Under the pieces are notes generated by a model. The model worked only from the letters and a program-made list of their open reading frames with translations. It did no database searches and was not told where the DNA came from. This document shows, one piece after another, positions 30,014 to 40,615 of a stretch of DNA of 64,000 bases (position 1 is its first letter; every line of letters begins with the position of its first letter). Both the position numbers and the translations under genes were made by a program. The stretch is from IMG/VR virus record IMGVR_UViG_3300033463_000014, positions 64,001 to 128,000 of that record. One strand, written 5' to 3'. This stretch comes from a virus. Lineage: Duplodnaviria; Caudoviricetes.

Positions 30014-30385
30014 TCATCTTACTTCTGTTTCCTGCACGTTCCTTCCGCGAGAGCGGCAGTCCACCTTCGGCGGCGTCACACATAGCTGAAGGACGATCGA
30101 TCCGTTCAGCACGATGATGCTGATTTCTGGCGCGAGGTTCAGGATAGCTTCGCCCTCGAGGATGCGCGAGCGCTCGAGGATGCGCGAGCGCTCAAGCTTT
30201 TTGAGCAGGTCGCTCCCGCTCTTAGCCCGGATACTCGTCGTCACGTAAGACTCGTAGTTCACGCAGAGCATGACAGGCGAATGAATAGCGGGCAAGACGC
30301 TTCGCAGCGTGAGTCTGCCCTCTTTCTTTAGGTTCGGCGTTACCGATTCGGTGTTCGCCGGAATATCCAGATCAATCTTCTGCAT
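30014..30385 (-). CDS. Tandem duplicate copy B (internal RSRILE duplication, apparently truncated)
   Basis: MQKIDLDIPANTESVT... start shared with copy A. Confidence 0.5.
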   Translation of the reverse strand: MQKIDLDIPANTESVTPNLKKEGRLTLRSVLPAIHSPVMLCVNYESYVTTSIRAKSGSDLLKKLERSRILERSRILEGEAILNLAPEISIIVLNGSIVLQLCVTPPKVDCRSRGRNVQETEVR

Positions 30386-30681
30386 TGTCTTCTCCTTGTT
30401 TCACTTCGGTTTCGGTTTCGTGAACGCTCCAGACAATGCACCCGCCGTCCGGGAGAACCAGTATGGCGTCGTCGTCCGTGTCGAACGGCGTCGTGTTTTC
30501 GTCCGGCGGCGAGTGCAGGTCCCGCTCGATATACTCTTCCTTGAAGTCGTCCACCATCGCGGAATGGGCATGGTCCCCATGCAGGAACGTGTAGCAGGCC
30601 GACCGTACGTAACCGTACTGGTTGAGCCAGATCTTTTCCAGAACCCACACTCTCATCTGACCTCCGTCCTCACTGTAAGTT

Positions 30682-31659
30682 TCATTTCAGTTCGTCCTTG
30701 TCCCTGATGATGTTTTCGCTGCGTATGGTGTCGTGGCTGAACACGTCCCAGAGCCGCTCGCCGTCCCCGACGAACGCGTTGTAGGCGCTGTTCCAGTGAC
30801 GGTACACCTTGGCCTCGGAGAGGTCCTGCGTCCATGAGGCGCGAACCTTTCTGCCGTTTATGACGTCTGACTCGCGGCATAGGTACAGCTTCGTCTCTGG
30901 GTGCACGATCACCAGCTCGGGTATCGTCCACTCGTCCCCGACGAAACGCCCCGTGGCGTCGAACACGTCCGTGTCCTCGTTTTTCGAGAAGCCGATGTCG
31001 TCGACGGAGTCAACGTAGTACCCGCCGCACGAGTCGCCGTCCTCCCAGTCGCAGTCGTCGAACTCCCGCCCGTCGGGATAGACCCGCTTGAACGGGACGC
31101 GAGTCTCTTCGCGATACCAGAAGCACTCGCCGTCCAGATACTTCTGGAACAGCTCGAGCTCGCCTTCCGCCAATTTCCACAGATACCGCCTGAACTCCGT
31201 TTCGTCCTTGGCCTCTCGTCTGGACTTCGTTTCCTCGTCGTATAGCTCCATCCAGGGTCCGCACATCTTCTCGAAGCGCTCCCTGTCAGTCCACATATAC
31301 GCCGCGTTCCTGGTAGTGTCCCAGCCGCCGGGATCGCACGGGAACTCCCGTATCGACCCCATGCTGAGCGCGATCCCGGAGTGGATGTACGCGGAGACCG
31401 GGAACGCGACGACGCCTTCGCGGAATCCATACTCTCCCGTCCCATAGCCGTCCTCGTCCTCGATTTCGACGAGCGGGCTGACGTAATCCTTCCGCCGCTC
31501 GTTGCCGCAGAACTCCCTCGGGATGTTCGAGTGAAGCAGGAACACCTGGTCGTAATCGATGAGCGGGTTTGGGCCGTCGCGGTCCCAGTCGATGATGACG
31601 TGCGTTGACGCCTTGCTGGAGTCGCGCTCGTCAAGCGCCAGCACTTTTTTCTTGATCAT
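30682..31659 (-). CDS. Conserved phage/mobile-element hypothetical protein
   Basis: AYIHSGIALS...WD...YLDGE...DSCGGYY pattern. Confidence 0.65.
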   Translation of the reverse strand: MIKKKVLALDERDSSKASTHVIIDWDRDGPNPLIDYDQVFLLHSNIPREFCGNERRKDYVSPLVEIEDEDGYGTGEYGFREGVVAFPVSAYIHSGIALSMGSIREFPCDPGGWDTTRNAAYMWTDRERFEKMCGPWMELYDEETKSRREAKDETEFRRYLWKLAEGELELFQKYLDGECFWYREETRVPFKRVYPDGREFDDCDWEDGDSCGGYYVDSVDDIGFSKNEDTDVFDATGRFVGDEWTIPELVIVHPETKLYLCRESDVINGRKVRASWTQDLSEAKVYRHWNSAYNAFVGDGERLWDVFSHDTIRSENIIRDKDELK

Positions 31660-32126
31660 TGTAGAACTTCTCCGTCTTGTCCACCCCCGAACGCTTCGTC
31701 CGCCTTTCCGTGCACCCTGTCCTGTAGCGTGGACTTCACGTACTCAAGCACCTCAGGCGGGACGTCGGATTTCACAATCTCGTCCGCTTCCAGACTCGAT
31801 TCGCCGGTCGCAAGCAAGACCGCGACATTCCAGTGGTGGTGATTGCATCCGACAAGGGTCCATCCGTTTGTCATTCCGATCTTCCCATCTTTCGTGCGGA
31901 CGAGCACGTCCTTTTCCCACTCGAACGCATCGAGTCGGCGGAGGTCCACGTCTTCCAGCAGAAATATTTCGAAGGGCACATATTCGCGGTCCTCTTTGTA
32001 GTCGTCTCCGTAGCGGTCCTTGAGACACGCCTCGAAGCGGTCGTACACTTTCCTCGCACGCTTAATTTCATCGTCCGTCGGGCGTTTTAAGCACGTCCCA
32101 ACCCTCAGCTTCTCAAACATCTTCAT
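31656..32126 (-). CDS. Hypothetical protein
   Basis: ATGA-coupled 156-aa ORF. Confidence 0.55.
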   Translation of the reverse strand: MKMFEKLRVGTCLKRPTDDEIKRARKVYDRFEACLKDRYGDDYKEDREYVPFEIFLLEDVDLRRLDAFEWEKDVLVRTKDGKIGMTNGWTLVGCNHHHWNVAVLLATGESSLEADEIVKSDVPPEVLEYVKSTLQDRVHGKADEAFGGGQDGEVLQ

Positions 32127-32341
32127 TCCTTGTCTCCTTCTTTATTCCTGTAATACTCCTCGACCACTCTCGCGATCTTTTCGGATTCTTCCCGCTCTGG
32201 GCGGTTGACGAATTTTCTCCCGCACCTAGGGCAAAACCTCGGATCCTTCCCCATGTCGCTGACAGCCGTGCGGCAATCCCTGCAGGCGCGTATGATACGA
32301 ATGCGCCCCCTGCCGATTCCTTCCACGTCGATGATCTTCAT
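32123..32341 (-). CDS. Zinc-ribbon protein
   Basis: CRDC...FCPRCG. Confidence 0.6.
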   Translation of the reverse strand: MKIIDVEGIGRGRIRIIRACRDCRTAVSDMGKDPRFCPRCGRKFVNRPEREESEKIARVVEEYYRNKEGDKE

Positions 32342-32754
32342 TCCGCTCCTTCTTTATCCTCTGTGGCAAAAAGCCACTTCAGCACATCAACATAAAGATT
32401 CAGGAACCCAACCCTTTCTCTGTGAGCATCCTCAAAAGCACTGCTTGCCTCTTTCCATGTCGCAAACTTGTCGCAGTTCCTCGACGGTTTGGAGAGGGCG
32501 TAAGACGCCCAGTTCTCGATCCAGTCAATCGCGTCTCGCACGCACGGCACGACATTTGGATTCCTCTCTCTCAATTCTGCGATTTTATCAAGAATCCAAG
32601 ACAGCGCCTCGCGCATCGCCGCGGCGTTGCAAACGGGCGGATGTTCTTGATACGTCGGTGAGTTGCATCCGTTCGGCTCACCGTAGTATTCGCAGTATGT
32701 CGGCTCGATCTCGCCATCAGCGCATTTGATGCAGGTCTCTTTCCAGTCTTTCAT
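32338..32754 (-). CDS. RNCD-family mosaic protein
   Basis: NAAAMREAL...PSRNCD...WLF...EGAE; first ~50 aa near-identical to 51110..51520. Confidence 0.75.
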   Translation of the reverse strand: MKDWKETCIKCADGEIEPTYCEYYGEPNGCNSPTYQEHPPVCNAAAMREALSWILDKIAELRERNPNVVPCVRDAIDWIENWASYALSKPSRNCDKFATWKEASSAFEDAHRERVGFLNLYVDVLKWLFATEDKEGAE

Positions 32755-32792
32755 TCAACGCCTCCTTCCTCATTCCCTATAGCTTTTCCATC

Positions 32793-33686
32793 CTAGCCCT
32801 CCGCCTCAACGATTTTGCCGCATTTCATTGTGTACCACGTGTCTGCCTTGTACTTTTCGCCGTCGATGCACACCATCTTCGCACCGCAAAGATACCAGTT
32901 GTAGTTGGGCACATCATTTCGCCAGTCAGCGAGGACGATATGAGAACCTTTCACGCCCCTGGCCTTGCCGTGGACGCCCCATGCGACGGCAATAGCGGTT
33001 TCGTTTTCTGCGCTTGCTTCGGAGTTGTAGCCTGTTGCGCTTGCGGCGGAGCGGACGCCCGTTGCGCTTGCGACGGAGTAGTCGCCCGTTACGCTTGCGG
33101 CGGAGCAGTCGCCAGCTGCGCTTGCGACGGAATTATAGTCAGTTGTGCTTGCGGCGGAGCACTCGCCCGTTACGCTTGCGGCAGAGTAGTGGCACATTGC
33201 GCTTGCGGCGGAGCACCTGCCCGTTGCGCTTGCAACGGAGTGATGGCCTGTTGCGCTTGCAACGGAGTGATGGCCTGTTGCGCTTGCAACGGAGTGATGG
33301 CCTGTTGCGCTTGCTGCGGAGCGGACGCCATTTACGCTTGCGAAACCATGATCTTCATAAGCTTTCGCCTCTGGCTTGACCCGCGCAATCGTGTAGTCGA
33401 TAGCGGCCTTGACCAGCCCGGCGAATGTCAGCCGCGCTCCGATAGTGATCTTCGTCGCTGCAATCTTCGAATCTCCACCATTATGGTCGATGTCGCCTCC
33501 CATCTCAACTTCATGATACACCGACTCGTCGTACAGACAATAATAATACAGGCAATCAAGCGGGTTTTCGCAAGCATGAAAACCCTCTCTACAACAACTG
33601 GCTCTGTCCGTCTCGTATGACTTGCCCTCCTCGTACTGGAATCCGCGGCAGGTCATATCCTTATTGAAACCCTTATAGGCCTTCAT
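32793..33686 (-). CDS. DUF7666-like protein with 9-aa (SVASATGxx) repeats
   Basis: MKAYKGFNKDMTCRGFQYEEG...GFHACENPLD; C-terminal IDGEKYKADTWY. Confidence 0.8.
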   Translation of the reverse strand: MKAYKGFNKDMTCRGFQYEEGKSYETDRASCCREGFHACENPLDCLYYYCLYDESVYHEVEMGGDIDHNGGDSKIAATKITIGARLTFAGLVKAAIDYTIARVKPEAKAYEDHGFASVNGVRSAASATGHHSVASATGHHSVASATGHHSVASATGRCSAASAMCHYSAASVTGECSAASTTDYNSVASAAGDCSAASVTGDYSVASATGVRSAASATGYNSEASAENETAIAVAWGVHGKARGVKGSHIVLADWRNDVPNYNWYLCGAKMVCIDGEKYKADTWYTMKCGKIVEAEG

Positions 33687-34662
33687 CCCAATCCTCCACC
33701 CTAACGATTTTCCCGTCACGCAGAGCATACCACGTGTCGGGCTTGTACTCAGACCCGTCGATCCGTATCGCCTTAACTCCGAGGACGTTATGTTCGACAT
33801 CGCGCTCGGTCAGCACAAGCCAGCATCCTATCGCACCGCGCGCCATGCAGTTGGCGCCCAGGACGGCAGCTATGGCGTTCTTACCTTTTACCTCTGCGTT
33901 TGATAAGTCTCCGGTAGCCGCTGCGTTTGATAAGTCTCCAGAAGCCGATGCATGTGATTCGACCCCGGAAGTCGTTGCGTTCGACTCGTCTCCTGAAGTC
34001 GCGGCGTGCGCTCTGTCACCCGAAGTCGCTGCGTTTGCGTTGTGTCCAGAAGTAGCGGCGCCTGCGCTGCCTCCAGCAGTCGCGGCGTTTGAGCCATCTC
34101 CCGAAGTCGCGGCGTGTGCGAAGGCTCCGGATGTCGCGGCGTGTGCGAAGGCTCCGGATGTCGCGGCGTGTGCGAAGGCTCCGGATGTCGCGGCGTGTGC
34201 GCTGCCTCCAGCAGTCGCGGCGTTTGAGCCTTCTCCCGAAGTCGCGGCGTTTGCGCAGACACCGGAAGTCGCGGCGTATGCGAAGTCTCCGGATGTCGCG
34301 GCGTGTGCTAAGGCTCCCGAAGTCGCGACGTGTTCATGGCCTACAGGAGAAGCATTTGCTTTATTTAACACAAAGCTGGTTCCAGCCTTGACCATGTCAG
34401 CCATAGTCATCCTGGGGCCGATTTTGATTCTGGTCGATGCTACCTTCGTCCCTCCTTTTTCGCTGACGATTTCGCCGTCAAGCTCGACCTCGTGATAAAC
34501 GGATTCGCCCGGTTGGTAGTAGAAAAAACAGTCCAACGGGTTCTCACATGCGTGGAACCCGCATTCACAAATTTCAGCCAGGTCCGTCTCGTACGACCCG
34601 CCTTCCTCGTACTGGAAGCCGCGGCAGGTCATATCCTTATTGAAACCTTTATAAGCCTTCAT
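33673..34662 (-). CDS. DUF7666-like protein with 9-aa (ATSGxxAxA) repeats
   Basis: Same N- and C-terminal domains; 27-bp tandem repeats at about 33880-34330. Confidence 0.8.
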   Translation of the reverse strand: MKAYKGFNKDMTCRGFQYEEGGSYETDLAEICECGFHACENPLDCFFYYQPGESVYHEVELDGEIVSEKGGTKVASTRIKIGPRMTMADMVKAGTSFVLNKANASPVGHEHVATSGALAHAATSGDFAYAATSGVCANAATSGEGSNAATAGGSAHAATSGAFAHAATSGAFAHAATSGAFAHAATSGDGSNAATAGGSAGAATSGHNANAATSGDRAHAATSGDESNATTSGVESHASASGDLSNAAATGDLSNAEVKGKNAIAAVLGANCMARGAIGCWLVLTERDVEHNVLGVKAIRIDGSEYKPDTWYALRDGKIVRVEDWDEGL

Positions 34663-36345
34663 CCCTAATTCCACCCTTTTAACCCTAGCACAACATGGCG
34701 TTGGGGTCGTTCTTGACCAGCCTCACGATCTCACGGCACAGGCAGAACCGCTCGTCCTGCTCCGTGTGCAGTTTATCGTAGTTCCCTTCATCAAACTCGA
34801 CGCCCGCGTTCATGAGGCGGCGCTGAAGGAAATCGACATACCTGTCGCGCGCCCGATCATACCTGATAAAACGGTCGACCAGCTCCCGCAGGAGCTGGCC
34901 TTCCGTCATTTCACCGATGTCCTTAACCTTTCTGTCCATTGACACTTAGCACCTCCGTCTTGTAGACGGTCCAGACAATCTCCCTGTCAGAACCGGTGTA
35001 CCTGTACATCCTCACGCCGACGCTGGAACTCTCCGGTCTTGACAGCGTCTTCCGGACCTCAGTCCTGATGTCGCTATCGGAGTAGCTCATGCCATAATAG
35101 TTCTCGCGGACTCTGTTTGTTACCATCTGCCTGAGCATCCTTTCGCAGGACTTCCTGTCATCCAGCACGACAGCCGTTGCGTTCAGATGTCCTGGAATTG
35201 ATTCAGCTCCATAGCACGTCAGTCTGAACAACTCGCTGACAACCCAGACTTTTCCCATGGCCGAACACTCGGATGCATGACCGTTCTGTCTTACGAAAAC
35301 CCTCTTACCGCATGGATCAAATCCAACGATCATTCTTGTTTCCTCCTCCTGACCGGAGCGACACAGTCCCAGACCTCACCATCGGAACCGAGAAGATAGT
35401 ACCTCTTCTTAAAGTCCGAAGGCCATCCCGCAAGAGCAAGGGCTGGCATCACGAAGCTCCTCAGGTCGCCCGAGGCGAACACCTTCTTTGAGAACGGAAG
35501 AAGATAACGGGACGTGCCACTCGATGACAGCGAAACGCCGTTTGAAAGGCCTGTGTCATTTACGCGCAGCGTCCTTCCGCTTAACGTTATTACGGAAACC
35601 GCACCGTCGGCACGGTTCCCGTAAACGTCACAACCGAGAGACCCGTCGTGATCATTAACGAATCCGATTGAGACAACGCCTATTCCGGGACGGTAGAACA
35701 GATATCGCCCCTCGTACCTGTAACGGTTGCATGGGACATATCCGTCCGCGCACACTGTCGGCATGTTCTTCTTGAAAGCCCTCTTGACCTTGTCAGTCCA
35801 CACGCAACCGTCCGGCCCGCCTTCATTCTTCTCCGTATTCGGAATCATCCCTCTCTTCATACCCTCCTACTCCATTCTTCTTATCCATGTCCAGAGTCAC
35901 CCTCATCTCATGAGGGGAACCTATCCCAAGATAGTTCGGCGAGTAGTCATCGTCGCCTGACCACATCATGATGTTTGCGTGGGACGCATGCCATCCTTTC
36001 CCCAGGTTCTTGGCCTGGCGGATGATCTCCTCCGCGTCAGCGATTATATCCGGATAGACCAATTGGTCTCCAATCCTGATATTGACAAAAACGGTTATAT
36101 TCCATGACGAACCGCCGCACCTCCTCTCGATGTGTATGTTTCTTATTCTATCGCGCGGTATACCCTTGTTCTTTTTCTTGCCTGAGCTCATTTTTCCTCC
36201 TTGGAATCGTTCGGCACCCACTCCGAAAGCTTATCGGAGAGGGTCGTCTCCTTCCGTTTCCTGCACACAGAGCCGATCGCATATCCGATCGCTACCGAGA
36301 AACTCCACACAATAACGCTCACCGCAAACACATCAACACCGTTCA

Positions 36346-36831
36346 TCATTCTCCCTCCCATATACGCCTTCTAGTCGTAACGCTCAGCATAGAGCGCCTC
36401 GTGCCGTCTTCGTACTTTTCGGATTCGACAAGATACTCGTCATAACCATCGTCCCTTCCGACGGACATACTTGACCCGTCCTCAAGATATGGCGCCAGTT
36501 CGGACATCGCGTCTTCCATGACTGAGCTCCAGCTGTATGATCCCCTGAATTCGCTCCGGTATGTCTCCCATCCTCCGTCGCATTCGTTATCGTACCTGCA
36601 CGAACCCTGGTGAAAGGCGAGTATGCACTTTATCATGCCCTCAAGCGTGTCGGTGTCGATACCGTTCTTGCGGCACTCTTCCCGGCACCAGCAGACATTT
36701 CCGAAACTGCCTTTCGGTCCGTACCTGGATTCCTTTTTCTCCATCCATTTCCGCAGGGAATCCCTCGCCTCATCGCGCTTCCCTTCCCTGAACTTAATGT
36801 CAAGGCATACGCTGTAGTTGTCTCCCATCAC
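36346..36831 (-). CDS. Hypothetical protein
   Basis: 161-aa coupled ORF. Confidence 0.55.
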   Translation of the reverse strand: MMGDNYSVCLDIKFREGKRDEARDSLRKWMEKKESRYGPKGSFGNVCWCREECRKNGIDTDTLEGMIKCILAFHQGSCRYDNECDGGWETYRSEFRGSYSWSSVMEDAMSELAPYLEDGSSMSVGRDDGYDEYLVESEKYEDGTRRSMLSVTTRRRIWEGE

Positions 36832-37072
36832 TTCCCCTTTCTTGACGCTCTCCTCTTTCTGGCGTTCGTGACCTTCACCTTAACCCTTACCCTCTTGACC
36901 CGGGCTCCGCAATCATCTCCTTCGGCGATATATTCACCGGCCTCTTCGACCGTGTCGAAACGGTCAGCAGTCTGAGGGTCTCCCCAGCAATCGACGACAG
37001 CGCCGTCCTCGAACGTACGCCAGTACGTGCCCGGGACGCTGCTTATGACGAAGAACTCGTCCGTATCGATCT

Positions 37073-37354
37073 TCATTTCTGGCTGTCCTCCAACCTCTCG
37101 AACTCTTCGGACTCCTCGACCTCATAGGTGACGTGAAAATTGGTCGCTAGTCCGTACCAGTCATACCCTCCTTTGAACCTATCGACTTCCCGTATCTCTT
37201 CGTCGACGATTCGTTCCGCATCGTATGGACTTCTAGCCTCTACGAAGAGATAGTGAGAGAGCGTGATCGCAGCCCTGACTTTGTATATCTGGACTTCTTT
37301 GCCTTCGTCGTCCTTATGCGAGAAGACGTGAACGGTCCTCTTCTTATGCTTCAT
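37073..37354 (-). CDS. DpnD/PcfM-like small protein
   Basis: YKV...FVEARSPYDAE. Confidence 0.45.
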   Translation of the reverse strand: MKHKKRTVHVFSHKDDEGKEVQIYKVRAAITLSHYLFVEARSPYDAERIVDEEIREVDRFKGGYDWYGLATNFHVTYEVEESEEFERLEDSQK

Positions 37355-37395
37355 GAGACATCCTTTCCTCCGATGTATGAACAGACATGTAAAGG

Positions 37396-37830
37396 CTAAT
37401 CATCCGCTTGGTGTTGCGCTTTACCGCCATCATTCGGAAACAGACTGAAGATGTAATCCATCGTCTCTCTGTCGGCCAGCTTCACATCTCCAGGATTCCC
37501 GTCTCTGATAACGTCATGCCTAAGAACCGCAAACCTCCCGGTAGGGAACACCTTGTTCCCTTCCGCGTCACGGATTGCGAACCTATCCTGGTTCCCGTAT
37601 CTGGATCCGTCTTCGTTCACCTCAACGATAAGGACGCCTTTCTTGAACTTCTCTTTGCACTCATCGCACGCGTCTAGACCCCCTGTAATTTCGTGGGGCG
37701 CCTCCAGGTCGCCCTTAATCCTTCCCATAAGCGCCACTCCCATGGGTTTCCCGCACCAGAAGCACTTAAGAACTGATGGGTTGACTCCATACTTTTTAGA
37801 CAACTTTATGCTCCTACCTTTTCTTCCCAT
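37396..37830 (-). CDS. Zinc-binding phage hypothetical protein
   Basis: LSKKYGVNPS..CFWCG...CDEC...PTGR. Confidence 0.65.
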   Translation of the reverse strand: MGRKGRSIKLSKKYGVNPSVLKCFWCGKPMGVALMGRIKGDLEAPHEITGGLDACDECKEKFKKGVLIVEVNEDGSRYGNQDRFAIRDAEGNKVFPTGRFAVLRHDVIRDGNPGDVKLADRETMDYIFSLFPNDGGKAQHQADD

Positions 37831-40079
37831 TCGTTACCCCTTTCTTCACTTTCTTATCCGAAATCCCTTTCCCGGACGCCCTCGCCCGGCACTCCATCCA
37901 AAAGGCGATCGCCTTCCTCGACGCCTTAACGCAGTACAGGAGATGGTCTATCTTGAGCAAGTTCCTTTTGATACACCTTCGCTCCCTTGCTATGAATGAG
38001 TCTATCTCCTTCACGTAGAAATCTCCGACTACGTCGTCACCATTCTTCGCCATACGCATCCTCTTCTCCCATGTCCATCCCTATACCATGTATACGCTGA
38101 CGACAGGGATGTCGCAGTCCGGACTGTCCGGATCATCCTCGATCTTAACGTCGAACTCATCAAACTCCTTGTTCAGGAGATCCCTAATCTCTGAAATGGA
38201 CTCCTCGTCACCGCCGATGTAGTCTGCGTTCCAGATCCTGTGCCACTTGCCGTCCTTCTCGACGATCTTGAACCATATCTCGTCGTAGGCGATATCCATC
38301 AATTCATGCAGAACCATATGACATCCCTTTTCATACTCACCCAAGATGTAGGACGACCTTGTCAGTCCCGTAGTCGAAAGTGACCTGCCTCGCTCCCTGT
38401 CGAACGATCACACCGCCTCCGCACCAGCTGATTGACCTAAGGAAAGAGCTATCGCGGAAAACACGCTCGATCTCATCCATCGGCCGCAGCTTTTTACCAT
38501 AACCCTTGAAAAGGCCAACATCGTCCATGTCCTTCGCAACCAAGATCTTGCTATAGTCAAACCAGAAGAATCCCACCGCGTTCATCACGCTCGTTCGCCC
38601 TATCTTAACAGGGCGCCTCTCCTCGGCCTTCGCACGCTCGATAGCCTTCCTCTTCTCGCTCTTTCCCATCACTTCCTCCTTTTTCTTTTTGGAGTAACGG
38701 TCGCACAGGGAGATGACCTTCCTTCGCGACCACATAATCCCCTCGCGTATGTCGCAGTTCGTGTGAAGGCGTCCTGTGTCCTCCTCATACTGGGATACCC
38801 TCAGCGCCTTCGACACCTCTTCCCTCATGACCTCCGGAGAGAACACTGGCGGGCCGTCCGCTCCGATGACGATCTTATCCCTCTTCTTCATTCATCGTCT
38901 CCTGTCCTCTACCATACAGACGTCTTTCCCCGACTCGCACCATGTTCCGAATCCAAGGAGATGTTCCGGCATAGACGTGATGAAGTTCCTTATGCAGGCT
39001 ATCTCTCGCTCCTCCATCTTCATCGTAACCGAGCCAAAGACCCTGGAACCGATTTTTCTCTCGATCCTGAGGCGCGGCTTGGAAGCGGGGTCCCACTTGG
39101 CTTCCGACACATACACGATCGAGAAGTCGCCCTTTGACACCGTCCCTCCGCCCTTTCTGAAGCTCTCCTCGAGCTGGAGAGCCTCGCACGGGTTCAGGTT
39201 CATGTACGCCACGGTATCCGTCTCAGAGTCTGAGCGCCGCATCGATATGCACACTCCAAACGTACACTTCTCTAAATAAAGCTCGAACAACGCGCCGTCT
39301 ACAACCTTTCTGATCATACCGTTCCTTTCTCGTTACCACTTGTCCGGGTCGCCGCTCCACCTATCGGCCGACATGAGCAAATCAGCCATGTTCTCAAGCG
39401 CTATCTTTACGAACCGAACCTCGTGCTCCCTGAGCGGGAAAGAAATGATCGGGACGAGTCCGGACTCGCCCTCTGTCGCTATGGAGATCAACGAGTACAC
39501 ACCCAGTCCGCAGAACGCAAGGCACCTTCCGTCAAGCGCCCGTATCACGGCTCTTCCAGATGAAAGGCCTTCGATAAGCTCAGACACCTCGGACGGGCTC
39601 ATCACGAAGGACTCCCTCTCATCCTCCTTACCTTTCCCTTCGGGATATCTGCAGACCATGGAAACCATCACGCCTCCACTAACGAGGTCCATGGACAAAT
39701 CCAAAACCCTTCCGTCATCCATCTCTCTCTTGATCATATCGACACCCTTATCCCTTTTCCCCTAACCTTTACCGCGCTGATCCTAAACGCTTTACCACCC
39801 CTTACGAACCAGGCCTCGTCTCCGTTTGGCGAGTAATAGACGTCGAGGCACCCCTCGGTGTCCCCATCGGCGAACCCCTTGAAGTCGGCTAGGTTACCGA
39901 CCAACTCCGCTCCGCTTTCGTCGCGCACGACGACGTTTTCGAGCCACTCCTTCCTGATGACGTTTTCGATGAACGAGATAGCCTGATCCTTTGTGTCGAA
40001 CAAGGTGAAGGCAGCCCACACGCATTCCTCCGGCGACTCCCCTTCATACCACTCTGACTGGAGAACTGCCCAACCAATA

Positions 40080-40271
40080 TCATCTGTATGACCCGACATT
40101 GTTACCCTCCTCATCATATGCGCAGTCTGGATACGAACCGACGACAAGCATGTTCGACAGGTCCGCATTCCCGAACTCTTCCTGCGCCTTCTCGAACGCT
40201 TCGTCAACGCTTTCCGCGTCTACACTGATTTCGATCCTTCCTTCGACGACCATATTAACGCTATACATCAT
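40080..40271 (-). CDS. DpnD/PcfM-like small protein
   Basis: MMYSVNMVVEGRIEISVDAESVDEAFEKA. Confidence 0.5.
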   Translation of the reverse strand: MMYSVNMVVEGRIEISVDAESVDEAFEKAQEEFGNADLSNMLVVGSYPDCAYDEEGNNVGSYR

Positions 40272-40615
40272 AGAATCCTGAACTGCGTCGCCCGAGCCGA
40301 ATTGACCCGATAACCAACGGCAATGATGGCGTCGAGATTGTAAAAGTCGATTTTCCGTCGGACGATGCGGCCACCTTCTTCTCGAACTTGTTCCATTTTG
40401 GAACAAGTTGCGCTTTCTTGCAATTCCCCTGCCGAATAGATGTTTTTCAGATGTTTAGTGACCGCCTGCGTACCGACGCCGAAAAGCTTGGCCATCGCCG
40501 CCTGCGTGAGCCATGCTGTTTCCTTTTCAATGATTACATTGACCTGAACCGCCCCATCTTCAGACTTAAGAATCTCCATTGGCGTTTGAATCACCCAATC
40601 GATAGTATCCCACAC
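40268..40615 (-). pseudogene. Truncated RhuM-family (virulence RhuM-like DNA-binding) fragment
   Basis: ETAWLTQAAMAKLFG..AVTKHLKNIY..GEL...FYNLDAIIAVGYRVNSARATQFR, then an abrupt stop. Confidence 0.75.
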
